NCBI GenBank assembly: GCA_963741615.1
Contig: CAVUIU010000001.1
Location: 6,185 to 70,184, forward strand
Length of the DNA: 64,000 nt
Origin: an uncultured Actinomycetes bacterium
GTDB lineage: Bacteria; Actinomycetota; Actinomycetes; Streptosporangiales; Streptosporangiaceae
Direction of reading: 5' to 3'
Below the pieces are notes generated by a model. That model searched no databases. It was not told where the DNA came from and saw only the letters and a program-made list of their open reading frames with translations. Positions 55,703 to 64,000 of the stretch are shown one piece after another. Both the position numbers and the translations under genes were made by a program. Position 1 is the first letter of the stretch. Each line of letters begins with the position of its first letter.

Positions 55703-56242
55703 GTGCTGATGGGAACCGGGGACAGCACCACCGACCGGGTTGACGCGGAGATCCTCGACTGCATGGCCGAGCTCGTCACGTCACTGTTCGGGCGGGCGGA
55801 GGAGATCGCCCAGCGGTTCGGTGTGCCGATCTTCTTCCTCAAGGCGCTGCAGCGGCTGGACTGCCCGATGGCGATGAAGGATCTCGGCCAGCGGATGCAC
55901 TGTGACCCGTCCTTCGTGACCAACATCGCCGACAGGCTGGAAAAGCAGGGCCTGGCCACCCGGGAGAGCGATCCGGCCGACCGGCGGGTCAAGCGGATCG
56001 CCCTCACCCCGGCCGGACTCGAACTGAAGCAGCGCGTGGAGGCCGAGATCATGGCCAGCCTGCCGTGGCGGCACACGCTCGACCCCGATGAGCGCGTGCA
56101 GCTGCTCAGCCTCATCCGCAAGGTTCTTCCGGCCGCGCCTGCCCAGCCGCACCACGGGGTCATCAAGCACGGGGTGATCAAGCACGGGGAGGAGGTGAGC
56201 GAGGTCCTTGTCAGCGCGCCGGTCACCGGCGCCGGCAGTTAA
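55703..56242 (+). CDS. MarR-family transcriptional regulator
   Basis: wHTH region LKALQRLDCPMAMKDLGQRMHCDPSFVTNIADRLEKQGLATRESDPADRRVKRIALTPAG. Start is GTG 55703 or ATG 55709, after GGAGGG. Confidence 0.85.
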   Translation: MLMGTGDSTTDRVDAEILDCMAELVTSLFGRAEEIAQRFGVPIFFLKALQRLDCPMAMKDLGQRMHCDPSFVTNIADRLEKQGLATRESDPADRRVKRIALTPAGLELKQRVEAEIMASLPWRHTLDPDERVQLLSLIRKVLPAAPAQPHHGVIKHGVIKHGEEVSEVLVSAPVTGAGS

Positions 56243-56387
56243 CGGGGCCAGAGCCTTACGGCGACAGCCGCTCCCCCGGCGGGAATCTGAGTCCGCCGTG
56301 GCTGTTCCCCTCCTAACCACCAAGCTTCCGTGCGCGGCACACCATGCCGCGGCGCGGGTTCAGTACGGCCTTCAACAAGGAGATGTC

Positions 56388-58022
56388 ATGTCATCCGCAC
56401 AGCCCCTCAGCGGGCGGCCCGTCGCCGGCACCGCCGGTGCTGAGCCTGGTCGCCGCCGCCTCGGCCTGGCCCTGGTGGTCATCGCCACCGCCCAGCTGAT
56501 GGTCGTGCTCGACGCGACCATCGTCAACGTCGCACTCCCCCACATCCAGCACGCGCTCGGCTTCAGCGGGTCCGGCCTCGAATGGGTCGTCAACGCCTAC
56601 GCGCTCACCTTCGGTGGCCTGCTGCTGCTCGGCGGCCGGGCCGGCGACATCCTCGGCAGGCGCCGGGTGCTCATCGCCGGGATCATCGTGTTCTCAGCCG
56701 CCTCGCTGCTGGGTGGATTCGCCACCACGGAGGCCTGGCTGCTGGGCGCACGCGCACTCCAGGGGGTCGGCGGTGCCATCGTCGCCCCGGCCGCGCTGTC
56801 CCTGATCGCGACCACGTTCCCGGAGGGCCCGCCGCGGAACCGGGCGATGGGCGTCTACGCCGCGATGAGCATCGGCGGCGCGGCGGTCGGCCTGATCGCC
56901 GGCGGCCTGCTCACCACCTACGCCTCGTGGCGGTGGGTGTTCTTCGTCAACGTACCGATCGGGATCGCCGTCGCCCTGATGGCGCCGCGCGCGCTCGAGG
57001 AGTCCGAGCGGAACCGCGGCCGGTTCGACCTGCCCGGCGCGATCACCGGCACGCTGGGCCTCGTCGCCCTGGTGTACGGCCTCACCAACGCTGCCACCAG
57101 CCCCAACGGCGTCGCGCACTGGCATGACGCCAAGGTGGTGTCCTCGCTGGCCGCGGCCGTGGTGCTGCTGGTCACGTTCGTGCTCATCGAGGCCCGGAGC
57201 CGGCACGCGCTGATGCCGCTGCGGATCTTCCACAACCGCAACCGGTCCGGCGCCCTCCTGATCATGCTCTGCGTGGGTACCGCGATGTTCGGGATGTTCT
57301 TCTTCCTGAGCCTCTTCGTGCAGACGGTATGGGGCTACAGCGCGCTGAAGGCCGGCGTGGCCTACCTGCCGATGGTGGGCATGATCATGCTCATGGCCGG
57401 GGTCAGCTCCCAGCTTGTCCCCCGGATCGGGGCCAGGCCGCTGCTGCTGGCCGGCTCGGCGATCACCGCCGGCGGCATGTTCTGGCTGTCGCAGATCAAC
57501 GAGCACAGCACCTATGCCGGCGGCCTGCTCGGCCCCATGATGGTCACCGCCGCCGGCCTGGGCATGCTGTTCATGCCGCTCACCCTGGTCGCCCTGTCCA
57601 AGGTGGAGGACAGGGACACCGGCCTTGCCTCCAGCTTGCTCAACACCGGGCAGCAGGTCGGCGGCTCGATCGGCCTGGCCCTGCTCGGCACCGTGGCCTG
57701 GACCGTGGTCGCGAACAGCATCCACTCCCAGGTCAGCGCCGCGGCTGCGGCCGCCGCCAAGACCGGGCACGCGGTGCCCGCTGCCGGAGGCCAGCTTCCC
57801 CGCGCGATCTACGACCACGCGCTGGCGCTCGGCTTCTCGCGGGGGTTCCTGGTCTCGGCGCTGATCGCGGTGCTCGCGCTCGTGATCACGCTGGTGACGA
57901 TCCGGGTCACGCGGGCGGACCTCGCCGGTGCCCAGGAGACCGGTCCCCAGGCAGCCATGGCGGCGGTCGCCGCCGAGCCGGCGGCCGTCGCCGCGGCGCC
58001 GGCTGCCGAGGCGGCCCGCTGA
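56388..58022 (+). CDS. MFS transporter, DHA2 (14-TMS) family
   Basis: ATG 56388 follows AAGGAG. Motifs VLDATIVNVALPHI and GGRAGDILGRRRV. The track ORF start at 56208 overlaps marR. Confidence 0.9.
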   Translation: MSSAQPLSGRPVAGTAGAEPGRRRLGLALVVIATAQLMVVLDATIVNVALPHIQHALGFSGSGLEWVVNAYALTFGGLLLLGGRAGDILGRRRVLIAGIIVFSAASLLGGFATTEAWLLGARALQGVGGAIVAPAALSLIATTFPEGPPRNRAMGVYAAMSIGGAAVGLIAGGLLTTYASWRWVFFVNVPIGIAVALMAPRALEESERNRGRFDLPGAITGTLGLVALVYGLTNAATSPNGVAHWHDAKVVSSLAAAVVLLVTFVLIEARSRHALMPLRIFHNRNRSGALLIMLCVGTAMFGMFFFLSLFVQTVWGYSALKAGVAYLPMVGMIMLMAGVSSQLVPRIGARPLLLAGSAITAGGMFWLSQINEHSTYAGGLLGPMMVTAAGLGMLFMPLTLVALSKVEDRDTGLASSLLNTGQQVGGSIGLALLGTVAWTVVANSIHSQVSAAAAAAAKTGHAVPAAGGQLPRAIYDHALALGFSRGFLVSALIAVLALVITLVTIRVTRADLAGAQETGPQAAMAAVAAEPAAVAAAPAAEAAR

Positions 58023-58040
58023 CGCACCGGCCAGTACGGG

Positions 58041-58074
58041 GTGAGGGGCCCGGCCGCGAGGCCGGGCCCCTCAC
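58041..58074 (+). terminator. Perfect 15-bp GC-rich hairpin after the MFS gene
   Basis: GTGAGGGGCCCGGCC-gcga-GGCCGGGCCCCTCAC, 19 nt after the stop and followed by TT. Confidence 0.6.
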
Positions 58075-58311
58075 TTGTCCGGCACCGTCCCGCGGTGTGG
58101 GCACCGCCCGTGCGCATCCCGATCGGCACCGGGGTTCCCTGCTGCCGATGAGCGGCCGCTACCGGGAAGCGCCCGCGTTCCTCACGCCGGCCGGCGAGTG
58201 AACCGCGGCCGGATGGGAACAGGGGGAAGCGTGGATACCGCATCCAGGTGCCGCTGCCAGGGCCGCCAGCGCACCACCTCCGGCGGGAAGCGCTGACGCC
58301 GGAAACTGGCG

Positions 58312-58356
58312 TTGACATCCGACAGGAACCTACTAAATTGATCGGGATAGTAGGTT
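58312..58356 (+). promoter_or_regulatory. Putative promoter TTGACA-16 nt-TAAATT overlapped by a 9-bp inverted repeat upstream of the sulfotransferase gene
   Basis: TTGACA at 58312-58317 and TAAATT at 58334-58339. Inverted repeat AACCTACTA (58327-58335) / TAGTAGGTT (58348-58356). Confidence 0.4.
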
Positions 58357-58391
58357 GCCAGAATCTCGCTCATGCTGAGGAGGTCACCACC

Positions 58392-59417
58392 GTGGCCTTG
58401 CCAGATTTCCTCGTGATCGGTGCCCCCAAGGCTGGCACCACCGCGCTGCATGCCGCCCTGGCCGGCCATCCCGGGCTGTTCATGTCCGCGGTCAAGGAAC
58501 CGAAGTTCTTCCTCACCGACGGCCCACCGCCGCGACGGGGCGGCGGTCCGGGCGACGTGCAGACGTACCGGGAGCACGTGTGGCGGCGGGAGGACTATGA
58601 AGCGCTGTTCGACGCCGCGCCGCCGGGCACGCTACGGGGCGAGTCGACCCCGTTCTACCTGTACGACCGCCGGGCGCAGCAGCGGATACGCGCGCTGATC
58701 CCCGGCGCCAGGCTGATCGCGATCCTGCGTGACCCGGTCGAGCGGGCGCACTCCAACTGGACGCACCTGTGGTCGGCCGGGCTGGACCCGATCGGGGATT
58801 TCCCCGCCGCGTGCGCGGCCGAGGATCGCCGGGTCGCGGCGGGCTGGGCTCCTTTCTGGCACTACACCCGGCTCGGCAGGTACGGCGAGCAGCTTGACCA
58901 CCTGCTCGGGGTCTTTCCCCGGGAGCAGGTCCACATCCTGCGCTACCGCGACATGGTGGACAGGCCGGCCGAGACGCTGGATGCGATCTGCACCTTCCTG
59001 GGTGTACGGCCGGGGATCATCTCGCAGCTGCCGCGCGAGAACGTGACGGCCCACCCCGAGCACTCCCCCAGCCACCGGGCCGTGTCCCGGGCGCTGCGGG
59101 CGGCCGCCACCGCCGGGCGCCACCTGCCGGGCACCACCGGCACCGCCCTCACCCGGCCGCTCGAGCAGTTCCTTCAGCGCAGCGCACGTCCCCGCCAGCC
59201 GCTGACCTGGGAGCAGCGGCAGCAGGTGCTCGGCCGCATCGAGGACGATGTCCGGCTGCTTGAGGAGATCACCGAAAGGAGCTTCGGCGACTGGCTCCAG
59301 CCCAGGGACCGATCCGGCGGACTCGTCGGCGACCGGCCGACCGGGCAGCTCCAGGCGCGCAACGGCCAGCCGAGGCCGGAGCACGGCAGGACCGCCCCGG
59401 TTGGCGGGCGCCGGTGA
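58392..59417 (+). CDS. Sulfotransferase family protein
   Basis: GTG 58392 lies 8 nt after GAGGAGG. PAPS 5'-phosphosulfate loop FLVIGAPKAGTTAL. 3'-PB region ILRDPVERAHSNW. Confidence 0.8.
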   Translation: MALPDFLVIGAPKAGTTALHAALAGHPGLFMSAVKEPKFFLTDGPPPRRGGGPGDVQTYREHVWRREDYEALFDAAPPGTLRGESTPFYLYDRRAQQRIRALIPGARLIAILRDPVERAHSNWTHLWSAGLDPIGDFPAACAAEDRRVAAGWAPFWHYTRLGRYGEQLDHLLGVFPREQVHILRYRDMVDRPAETLDAICTFLGVRPGIISQLPRENVTAHPEHSPSHRAVSRALRAAATAGRHLPGTTGTALTRPLEQFLQRSARPRQPLTWEQRQQVLGRIEDDVRLLEEITERSFGDWLQPRDRSGGLVGDRPTGQLQARNGQPRPEHGRTAPVGGRR

Positions 59418-59430
59418 GCACGGGGCCCTG

Positions 59431-60341
59431 CTAGCGAAGCTCCGTCCGCAGCTCGTGGGCCCCGTCGGGGCGTGTCATCTCGTAGTAGAGCCGGTGCCTG
59501 CCGTCGGCGAGCGGGAGGATGTCGAGATAGCGCAGGCCGCGCCCGGCGTAGGGCGATTCGGCCGCCGCGGCCGTGCCGATGGCGGTCAGCGCGGCCGGAT
59601 CGGTGCCGGTGGCGATCCCGGTCCGCTCCTCGAAGTTCTCGGCGGCACTGGCCCGGCCGTCGTAGAAGGCGGCGACCGTGCCCCCCGCGTAGCACACCGC
59701 GCTGACCCGGGTCCCCCTGGCATCCCACTGGCCCGACCGGCCGCTCAGCGCCGTGCCGTGCCAGATCCAGTCCAGGCCGTCGGCGCTGGTGGCATATTCG
59801 GTGACCATCTGGTCGGCCTCACCGGGGTCGGCCAGCGGATGGCACGACGTCCACAGGTGCCAGCCGCCGTCCCGGTGCCTGATCACCGGGTCCTTCACGC
59901 CGGTCTTGGCATCCCCGGGAAGCACCACCAGGCGCTCATGGACGTCGAACCGGGCCGGGTGGCCGGCCTCCAGCAACTCGACCCGCCAGTGCTTGGTCCC
60001 CGGCGTGGCACAGCTCAGGTACAGCCGCCACCGGCCGGCCGGGGTACACACGAGGCACGGCCGCTCCAGTGACTCCGCCTGCATCCACTCCCGCCTGATC
60101 GTCAGCAGGGTCTCGAAGTGCACCCGTCGGGTGAGTGCGCGACCGCGACGGCGTAGCCCCGGCCATCGCCCACCGGCCGCCGCAGGCGGTAGGCGAGGTA
60201 GATCCCGTCTCCGGCGAGCACAGCGCTCGGCGCGCCCGCCCAGTAGCCCGGTCCCGCCCCCGGCGGGGTGACGACCACGGCCGATCCGGCCAGCCGGGGC
60301 AGCAGGCTCGCGGGCCACGTCGCATATTCTCTGCTATTCAT
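59431..60341 (-). pseudogene. Beta-propeller protein (glycoside hydrolase 32/43/68-like fold suspected) split by a frameshift near 60120-60128
   Basis: The N-terminal 73 codons (MNSREYATWP...AVAHSPDG, ORF 60102-60578) continue in the frame of ORF 59431-60318 as VHFETLLTIRRE... One base appears to be missing in GACGGG(G)TGCAC. Functional assignment is weak. Confidence 0.5.
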
Positions 60342-60595
60342 ATCGACATAATAGACAACTCGTCCCCTCCAGGTTGGGAAGCCGATCGCGGGGATACGAC
60401 GCGCAGTCCACCGGAAACCGTTGGCGAAGGTATTTCGATGGTAACGCCGGGTGCGGGGGTCCGGTAAGCGGGCCGCGGCCGATGGGCGGGCCACGGCGGG
60501 CGAGCAGCCGATCGCGGGGCCGCCGGCGACGGCGGCGCCCGGAGGTGCCAGCATGGGCGGCGTGCAGCCATCCGACAACTGGCCGGAGGGTCCCG

Positions 60596-61450
60596 ATGCT
60601 TGACGGCCTCATGCTCGTCAACGCCCACCTCCACCCGGCCCGCCTGCCCACGCTCAAGCCGGCCTGGCTCGACTGGGCGCACCAGTTCGGGCAGCCGGGC
60701 TGGGACCGGGTGTACGACGCCGATGGCACGGTTGTCCCGCGGGCGTTCGATGACCTGATGGAGTCCGAGGGGGTCGACCACGCGCTCCTGCTGTGCGAGT
60801 ACAGCCCGAAGGTGACCGGCGTCCAGCCGGCCGAGGAGCTGCTGCCGATCATCAAGCAGAACCCGGCCCGGTTCGCCTTCCTCGCCAACGTCAACCCTCA
60901 CCTGCACTTTCCGGTGGCCGCCGAGTTCACCCGCCAGATCGGGCTGGGTGCCGTGGGCCTGAAGGTGCATCCGGTGCACGGCGGGTTCAGCGCCGCCGAC
61001 CCGATGCTCTATCCCGCCTATCAGGTCTGCGCGGAGGCGGGCCTGCCGGTGGTGGTCCACTGCGGCACCAGTTCGTTCCCGGGCTCGGACAACTCCCTGG
61101 CCGCCCCGGACCGCCTGCTGCCGGTGCTGCGTGACTTCCCCGGCCTGACCGTCGTCCTGGCGCACGGCGGGCGGGGATGGTGGTACGACGCCGCCGCGGC
61201 GCTGGCCCTGCTGCACGACAACGTGTGGATCGAGCTGTCCGGGCTGCCCCCGCACCGGCTGCCGGACTACTATGCGCGGTCCGGCCTGCGGCGGCTCGCC
61301 CGCAAGTTCATCTTCGCGACCGACTGGCCCGGTGTGCCCGGCATCGCGCGCAACGCCCGCGCCATCGCGGCGCTCGGTCTCGGTGACGACCTGCTGGCCG
61401 CCGTCCTGGCCGGGAACGCGCTGGCCGTCTACCCCGGGCTCGGCCGGTAG
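60596..61450 (+). CDS. Amidohydrolase-2 / TIM-barrel metal-dependent hydrolase
   Basis: 284 aa from ATG 60596. Metal-ligand pattern VNAHLHP ... LKVHP ... VVHCG ... LAHGG ... FATDWP. Confidence 0.8.
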   Translation: MLDGLMLVNAHLHPARLPTLKPAWLDWAHQFGQPGWDRVYDADGTVVPRAFDDLMESEGVDHALLLCEYSPKVTGVQPAEELLPIIKQNPARFAFLANVNPHLHFPVAAEFTRQIGLGAVGLKVHPVHGGFSAADPMLYPAYQVCAEAGLPVVVHCGTSSFPGSDNSLAAPDRLLPVLRDFPGLTVVLAHGGRGWWYDAAAALALLHDNVWIELSGLPPHRLPDYYARSGLRRLARKFIFATDWPGVPGIARNARAIAALGLGDDLLAAVLAGNALAVYPGLGR

Positions 61451-61542
61451 CGCACCAAATTCTACAGATACTTGACGCGACGCTCCAAAGATGTGGAGAA
61501 TGGGGAACGCAGCCCCGATCCCGGCCCCGAAGGTGGCGTGCC

Positions 61543-63234
61543 ATGCCCGGCGTCCCGGCGGTGTCGTTCGACACCGACCCGAGCCGTTACCAGCACCTGC
61601 GGCTGGAAACCGACGGCGAGATCGCCCGGATCGTGCTGGCCGTGGACGAGACCGCCGGCCTGCGCCCCGGTTACGAGCTCAAGCTCAACTCCTACGACCT
61701 CGGGGTCAACATCGAGCTGGCCGACGCGGTGCAGCGGCTGCGGTTCGAGCACCCGCAGGTACGCGCCGTGGTCATCACGGGCGGGCTGGACAGGGTGTTC
61801 TGCGCGGGCGCCAACATCCGGATGCTGGCCCAGTCCGAGCACTGGTGGAAGGTGAACTTCTGCAAGTTCACCAACGAGACGCGGGCCGCGATCGAGGACG
61901 CGACCGAGCACTCCGGCCAGACCTACCTCGCGGCGGTGAACGGCACCGCCGCCGGCGGCGGCTACGAGCTCGCCCTCGCCTGCGAGGAGATCATCCTGGT
62001 CAACGACGGCTCCACCGCGGTCTCTATGCCGGAGGTGCCACTGCTGGCGGTGCTGCCGGGCACCGGCGGGCTGACCCGGCTGGTGGACAAGCGCGGCGTC
62101 CGCAAGGACCTCGCCGATGTGGTCGCCACCCGCAGCGAAGGGGTGCGCGGCAAGACCGCGCAGGCCTGGCGCCTGGTCGACGAGATCGCGCCCCCGAGCC
62201 GCTTCGAGGGCACCGTGCGCGAACGGGCGCTGGCGGCCGCCACCCGGTCCCGGCGCCTGCCGGGCGGCCCCGGCGTCCAGCTCCCCCCGCTGGCCCGGCA
62301 GGTGAGCGACACCACCATCAGCTACCCGAACGTGACCGCGGACCTCGACCGGGCGGCCGGCCTGGCGACGATCACGGTGCGCGGCCCGCGGGTCGAGGCG
62401 CCGGCGGGCCCGGACGGAATGCACGCGCTGGGCCCATCGTTCTGGCCGCTGGCGATGTGCCGGGAGCTCGACGATCTCATCCTGTGGCTGCGCACCAACG
62501 AGGTGGAGCTGGGCACCTGGGCGATCAGGACCAGCGGGGACGCCGCCACGGTGCTCGGCCACGAGCGCCTGCTCTCCGGCAGCGCCGGCGAGAACTGGCT
62601 GGCCAGCGAGATCCAGCACTTCCTCAAGCGGACATTCAAACGGCTCGACGTGACCAGCCGCAGCCTCATCGCGCTGATCGAGCCCGGCAGCTGCTTCGCC
62701 GGCCCGCTGCTGGAGCTGGCCCTGGCCTGCGACCGCCAGTACATGCTGGACGGGGAGCTGGCGGATGACGGCGGGGCGGCTGGCCCAACCGGCCCAACCG
62801 GCCCCGCCGCGATCGTGCTGACCGCGGGCAACCTCGGGGCCTACCCGATGGCGAACGGGCTGTCCCGGCTGGCGTCCCGCTTCCACGGCGACCCCGGCCA
62901 GCTGGCGAAGCTGGAGCAGGAAACGGGGCGGCAGATCGAGGCGGCGCAGGCGCTGGAGCTCGGCCTGGTCACCTTCGCACCCGACGATCTCGACTGGGAC
63001 GACGAGGTCAGGATCGCGCTGGAGGAACGCGCCTCGCTCAGCCCCGACGCCCTGACCGGGATGGAGGCCAATCTGCGCTTCCCCGGCCCGGAGACCATGG
63101 AAACCAAGATCTTCGCCCGCCTCACCGCGTGGCAGAACTGGATCTTCACCAGGCCGAACGCGGCGGGCCCCGACGGCGCGCTGCGCCGTTACGGCACCGG
63201 CCAGCGGGCCGTGTTCGACAGGAAACGAGCCTGA
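61543..63234 (+). CDS. boxC: Benzoyl-CoA-dihydrodiol lyase (2,3-epoxybenzoyl-CoA dihydrolase)
   Basis: 563-aa double-crotonase protein (VFCAGANIRML, NGTAAGGGYELALAC). It lies directly upstream of boxB, as in known box clusters. Confidence 0.8.
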   Translation: MPGVPAVSFDTDPSRYQHLRLETDGEIARIVLAVDETAGLRPGYELKLNSYDLGVNIELADAVQRLRFEHPQVRAVVITGGLDRVFCAGANIRMLAQSEHWWKVNFCKFTNETRAAIEDATEHSGQTYLAAVNGTAAGGGYELALACEEIILVNDGSTAVSMPEVPLLAVLPGTGGLTRLVDKRGVRKDLADVVATRSEGVRGKTAQAWRLVDEIAPPSRFEGTVRERALAAATRSRRLPGGPGVQLPPLARQVSDTTISYPNVTADLDRAAGLATITVRGPRVEAPAGPDGMHALGPSFWPLAMCRELDDLILWLRTNEVELGTWAIRTSGDAATVLGHERLLSGSAGENWLASEIQHFLKRTFKRLDVTSRSLIALIEPGSCFAGPLLELALACDRQYMLDGELADDGGAAGPTGPTGPAAIVLTAGNLGAYPMANGLSRLASRFHGDPGQLAKLEQETGRQIEAAQALELGLVTFAPDDLDWDDEVRIALEERASLSPDALTGMEANLRFPGPETMETKIFARLTAWQNWIFTRPNAAGPDGALRRYGTGQRAVFDRKRA

Positions 63235-63235
63235 C

Positions 63236-64000
63236 ATGTCGATCGACTACACCGAGCGCATCCCCAACAACGTCAACCTGGCGGAGGACCGGCGGCTGCA
63301 GCGGGCGCTGGAGTCCTGGCAGCCCGCGTTCCTGCAGTGGTGGGGCGAGATGGGGCCCTCCCTGCCGACCCAGGACGTCTACCTGCGCACCGCCGTCGCG
63401 GTCGGCCGGGAAGGCTGGGCCAACTTCTCGCGGGTGAAGCTGCCGGAGTACCGGTGGGGCATCTTCCTGGCCGAGCGCGATCCCGACCGGCAGATCGCCT
63501 TCGGCCAGCACAAGGGCGAGCCGGTGTGGCAGCAGATTCCCGGTGAACACCGGTCCAGCCTGCAGCGGCTGATCGTGATCCAGGGCGACACCGAGCCCGC
63601 CTCCGTCGAGCAGCAGCGCAGGCTCGGCATGACCGCGCCCAGCCTCTACGACCTGCGCAACCTGTTCCAGGTCAACGTGGAGGAAGGCCGCCACCTGTGG
63701 GCGATGGTCTACCTGCTGCACGCCTACTTCGGCCGGGCCGGGCGGGATGAGGCCGAGGCGCTGCTGCTGCGCAACTCCGGCAGCGAGGACTCGCCGCGCA
63801 TTCTCGGCGCGTTCAACGAGGAGACCCCGGACTGGCTGTCGTTCTTCATGTTCACCTACTTCACCGACCGGGACGGGAAATACCAGCTCGGCACGCTGAA
63901 GGAAAGCGCCTTCGACCCGCTCTCGCGCACCTGCGAGTTCATGCTCAAAGAAGAGGCGCATCACATGTTCGTCGGCACCACCGGCGTGGACCGGGTGGTG
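63236..64000 (+). CDS. boxB: Benzoyl-CoA 2,3-epoxidase subunit B, N-terminal 255 codons (3' end outside window)
   Basis: Not in the ORF track because no stop falls inside the window. My translation from ATG 63236 reads MSIDYTERIPNNVNLAEDRRLQRALESWQPAFLQWW...QGDTEPASVEQQRRLGMTAPSLYDLRNLFQVNVEEGRHLWAMVYLLH...EEAHHMFVG. This matches my recollection of Azoarcus BoxB almost block for block. Confidence 0.85.
   Translation, partial: MSIDYTERIPNNVNLAEDRRLQRALESWQPAFLQWWGEMGPSLPTQDVYLRTAVAVGREGWANFSRVKLPEYRWGIFLAERDPDRQIAFGQHKGEPVWQQIPGEHRSSLQRLIVIQGDTEPASVEQQRRLGMTAPSLYDLRNLFQVNVEEGRHLWAMVYLLHAYFGRAGRDEAEALLLRNSGSEDSPRILGAFNEETPDWLSFFMFTYFTDRDGKYQLGTLKESAFDPLSRTCEFMLKEEAHHMFVGTTGVDRVV

Noticed and set aside
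58075-58296. 73-aa ORF in the spacer between the MFS terminator and the sulfotransferase promoter
   Set aside because: It is Arg/Gly/Cys-rich with no Shine-Dalgarno, and it overlaps an equally implausible antisense ORF.
62782-62805. 9-nt tandem repeat GGCCCAACC x2.6 (and similar Pro/Ala/Asp-coding repeats at about 50330-50400 in dnaN)
   Set aside because: These are in-frame low-complexity coding repeats (GPTGPTGP; PADPADTADT). They are not CRISPR-like or regulatory, and there are too few units to be of interest.
61462-63237. 591-aa minus-strand ORF opposite boxC
   Set aside because: boxC has clear crotonase motifs and box-cluster context. The antisense translation is low-complexity.

Overview
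High-GC (about 70% or more by eye) actinobacterial chromosomal segment. Supporting signs are ppm1-rbpA synteny, many 4-nt ATGA/GTGA coupled junctions and apparently leaderless regulator genes. It is densely coding on both strands, with about 60 protein genes. I saw no rRNA, tRNA, CRISPR array, transposase or integrase. Main blocks, in order: (1) NuoF-like fragment plus tandem moeA genes, the second fused to a PBP-like domain. (2) Methyltransferase, lgt, MFS, RluA and an orphan P450. (3) A lysine-fermentation-type set: kamA diverging from kdd-kamD-kamE-kal. (4) A DHA2 MFS gene followed by TetR, then acs. (5) An unusual 0.8-kb gene-free, highly structured region. (6) ppm1, rbpA, GDPD and membrane proteins. 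(7) MaoC, then an adk-like/glycerate kinase/prs trio. (8) IorAB-like molybdoenzyme genes diverging from an alpha/beta-hydrolase and an LVIVD propeller gene. (9) Map and an S9 peptidase. (10) A HelD/HelR-type RNAP-associated ATPase preceded by a 19-bp inverted repeat that matches my recollection of the rifamycin-associated element (RAE). (11) GntR-ABC and PadR-ABC-FtsX modules. (12) SRPBCC, an ECF sigma with YCII, and a second DHA2 MFS. (13) A dienelactone hydrolase / small DUF protein / second dnaN operon. (14) AKR, a decayed BBE-like oxidase pseudogene, and MarR with a third DHA2 MFS. (15) A sulfotransferase and a frameshifted propeller protein. (16) An amidohydrolase plus boxC-boxB of the aerobic benzoyl-CoA pathway, running off the 3' edge. 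The most noteworthy observations are: the RAE-helR pair; the orphan sliding-clamp operon; two operon junctions where the ATGA stop/start overlap is duplicated and bridged by a mini-ORF; the 0.8-kb structured noncoding island; the kce-less lysine cluster; and several frameshifted genes concentrated between 48 and 60 kb. All functional calls come from reading the translations and motif memory. No database search was run.
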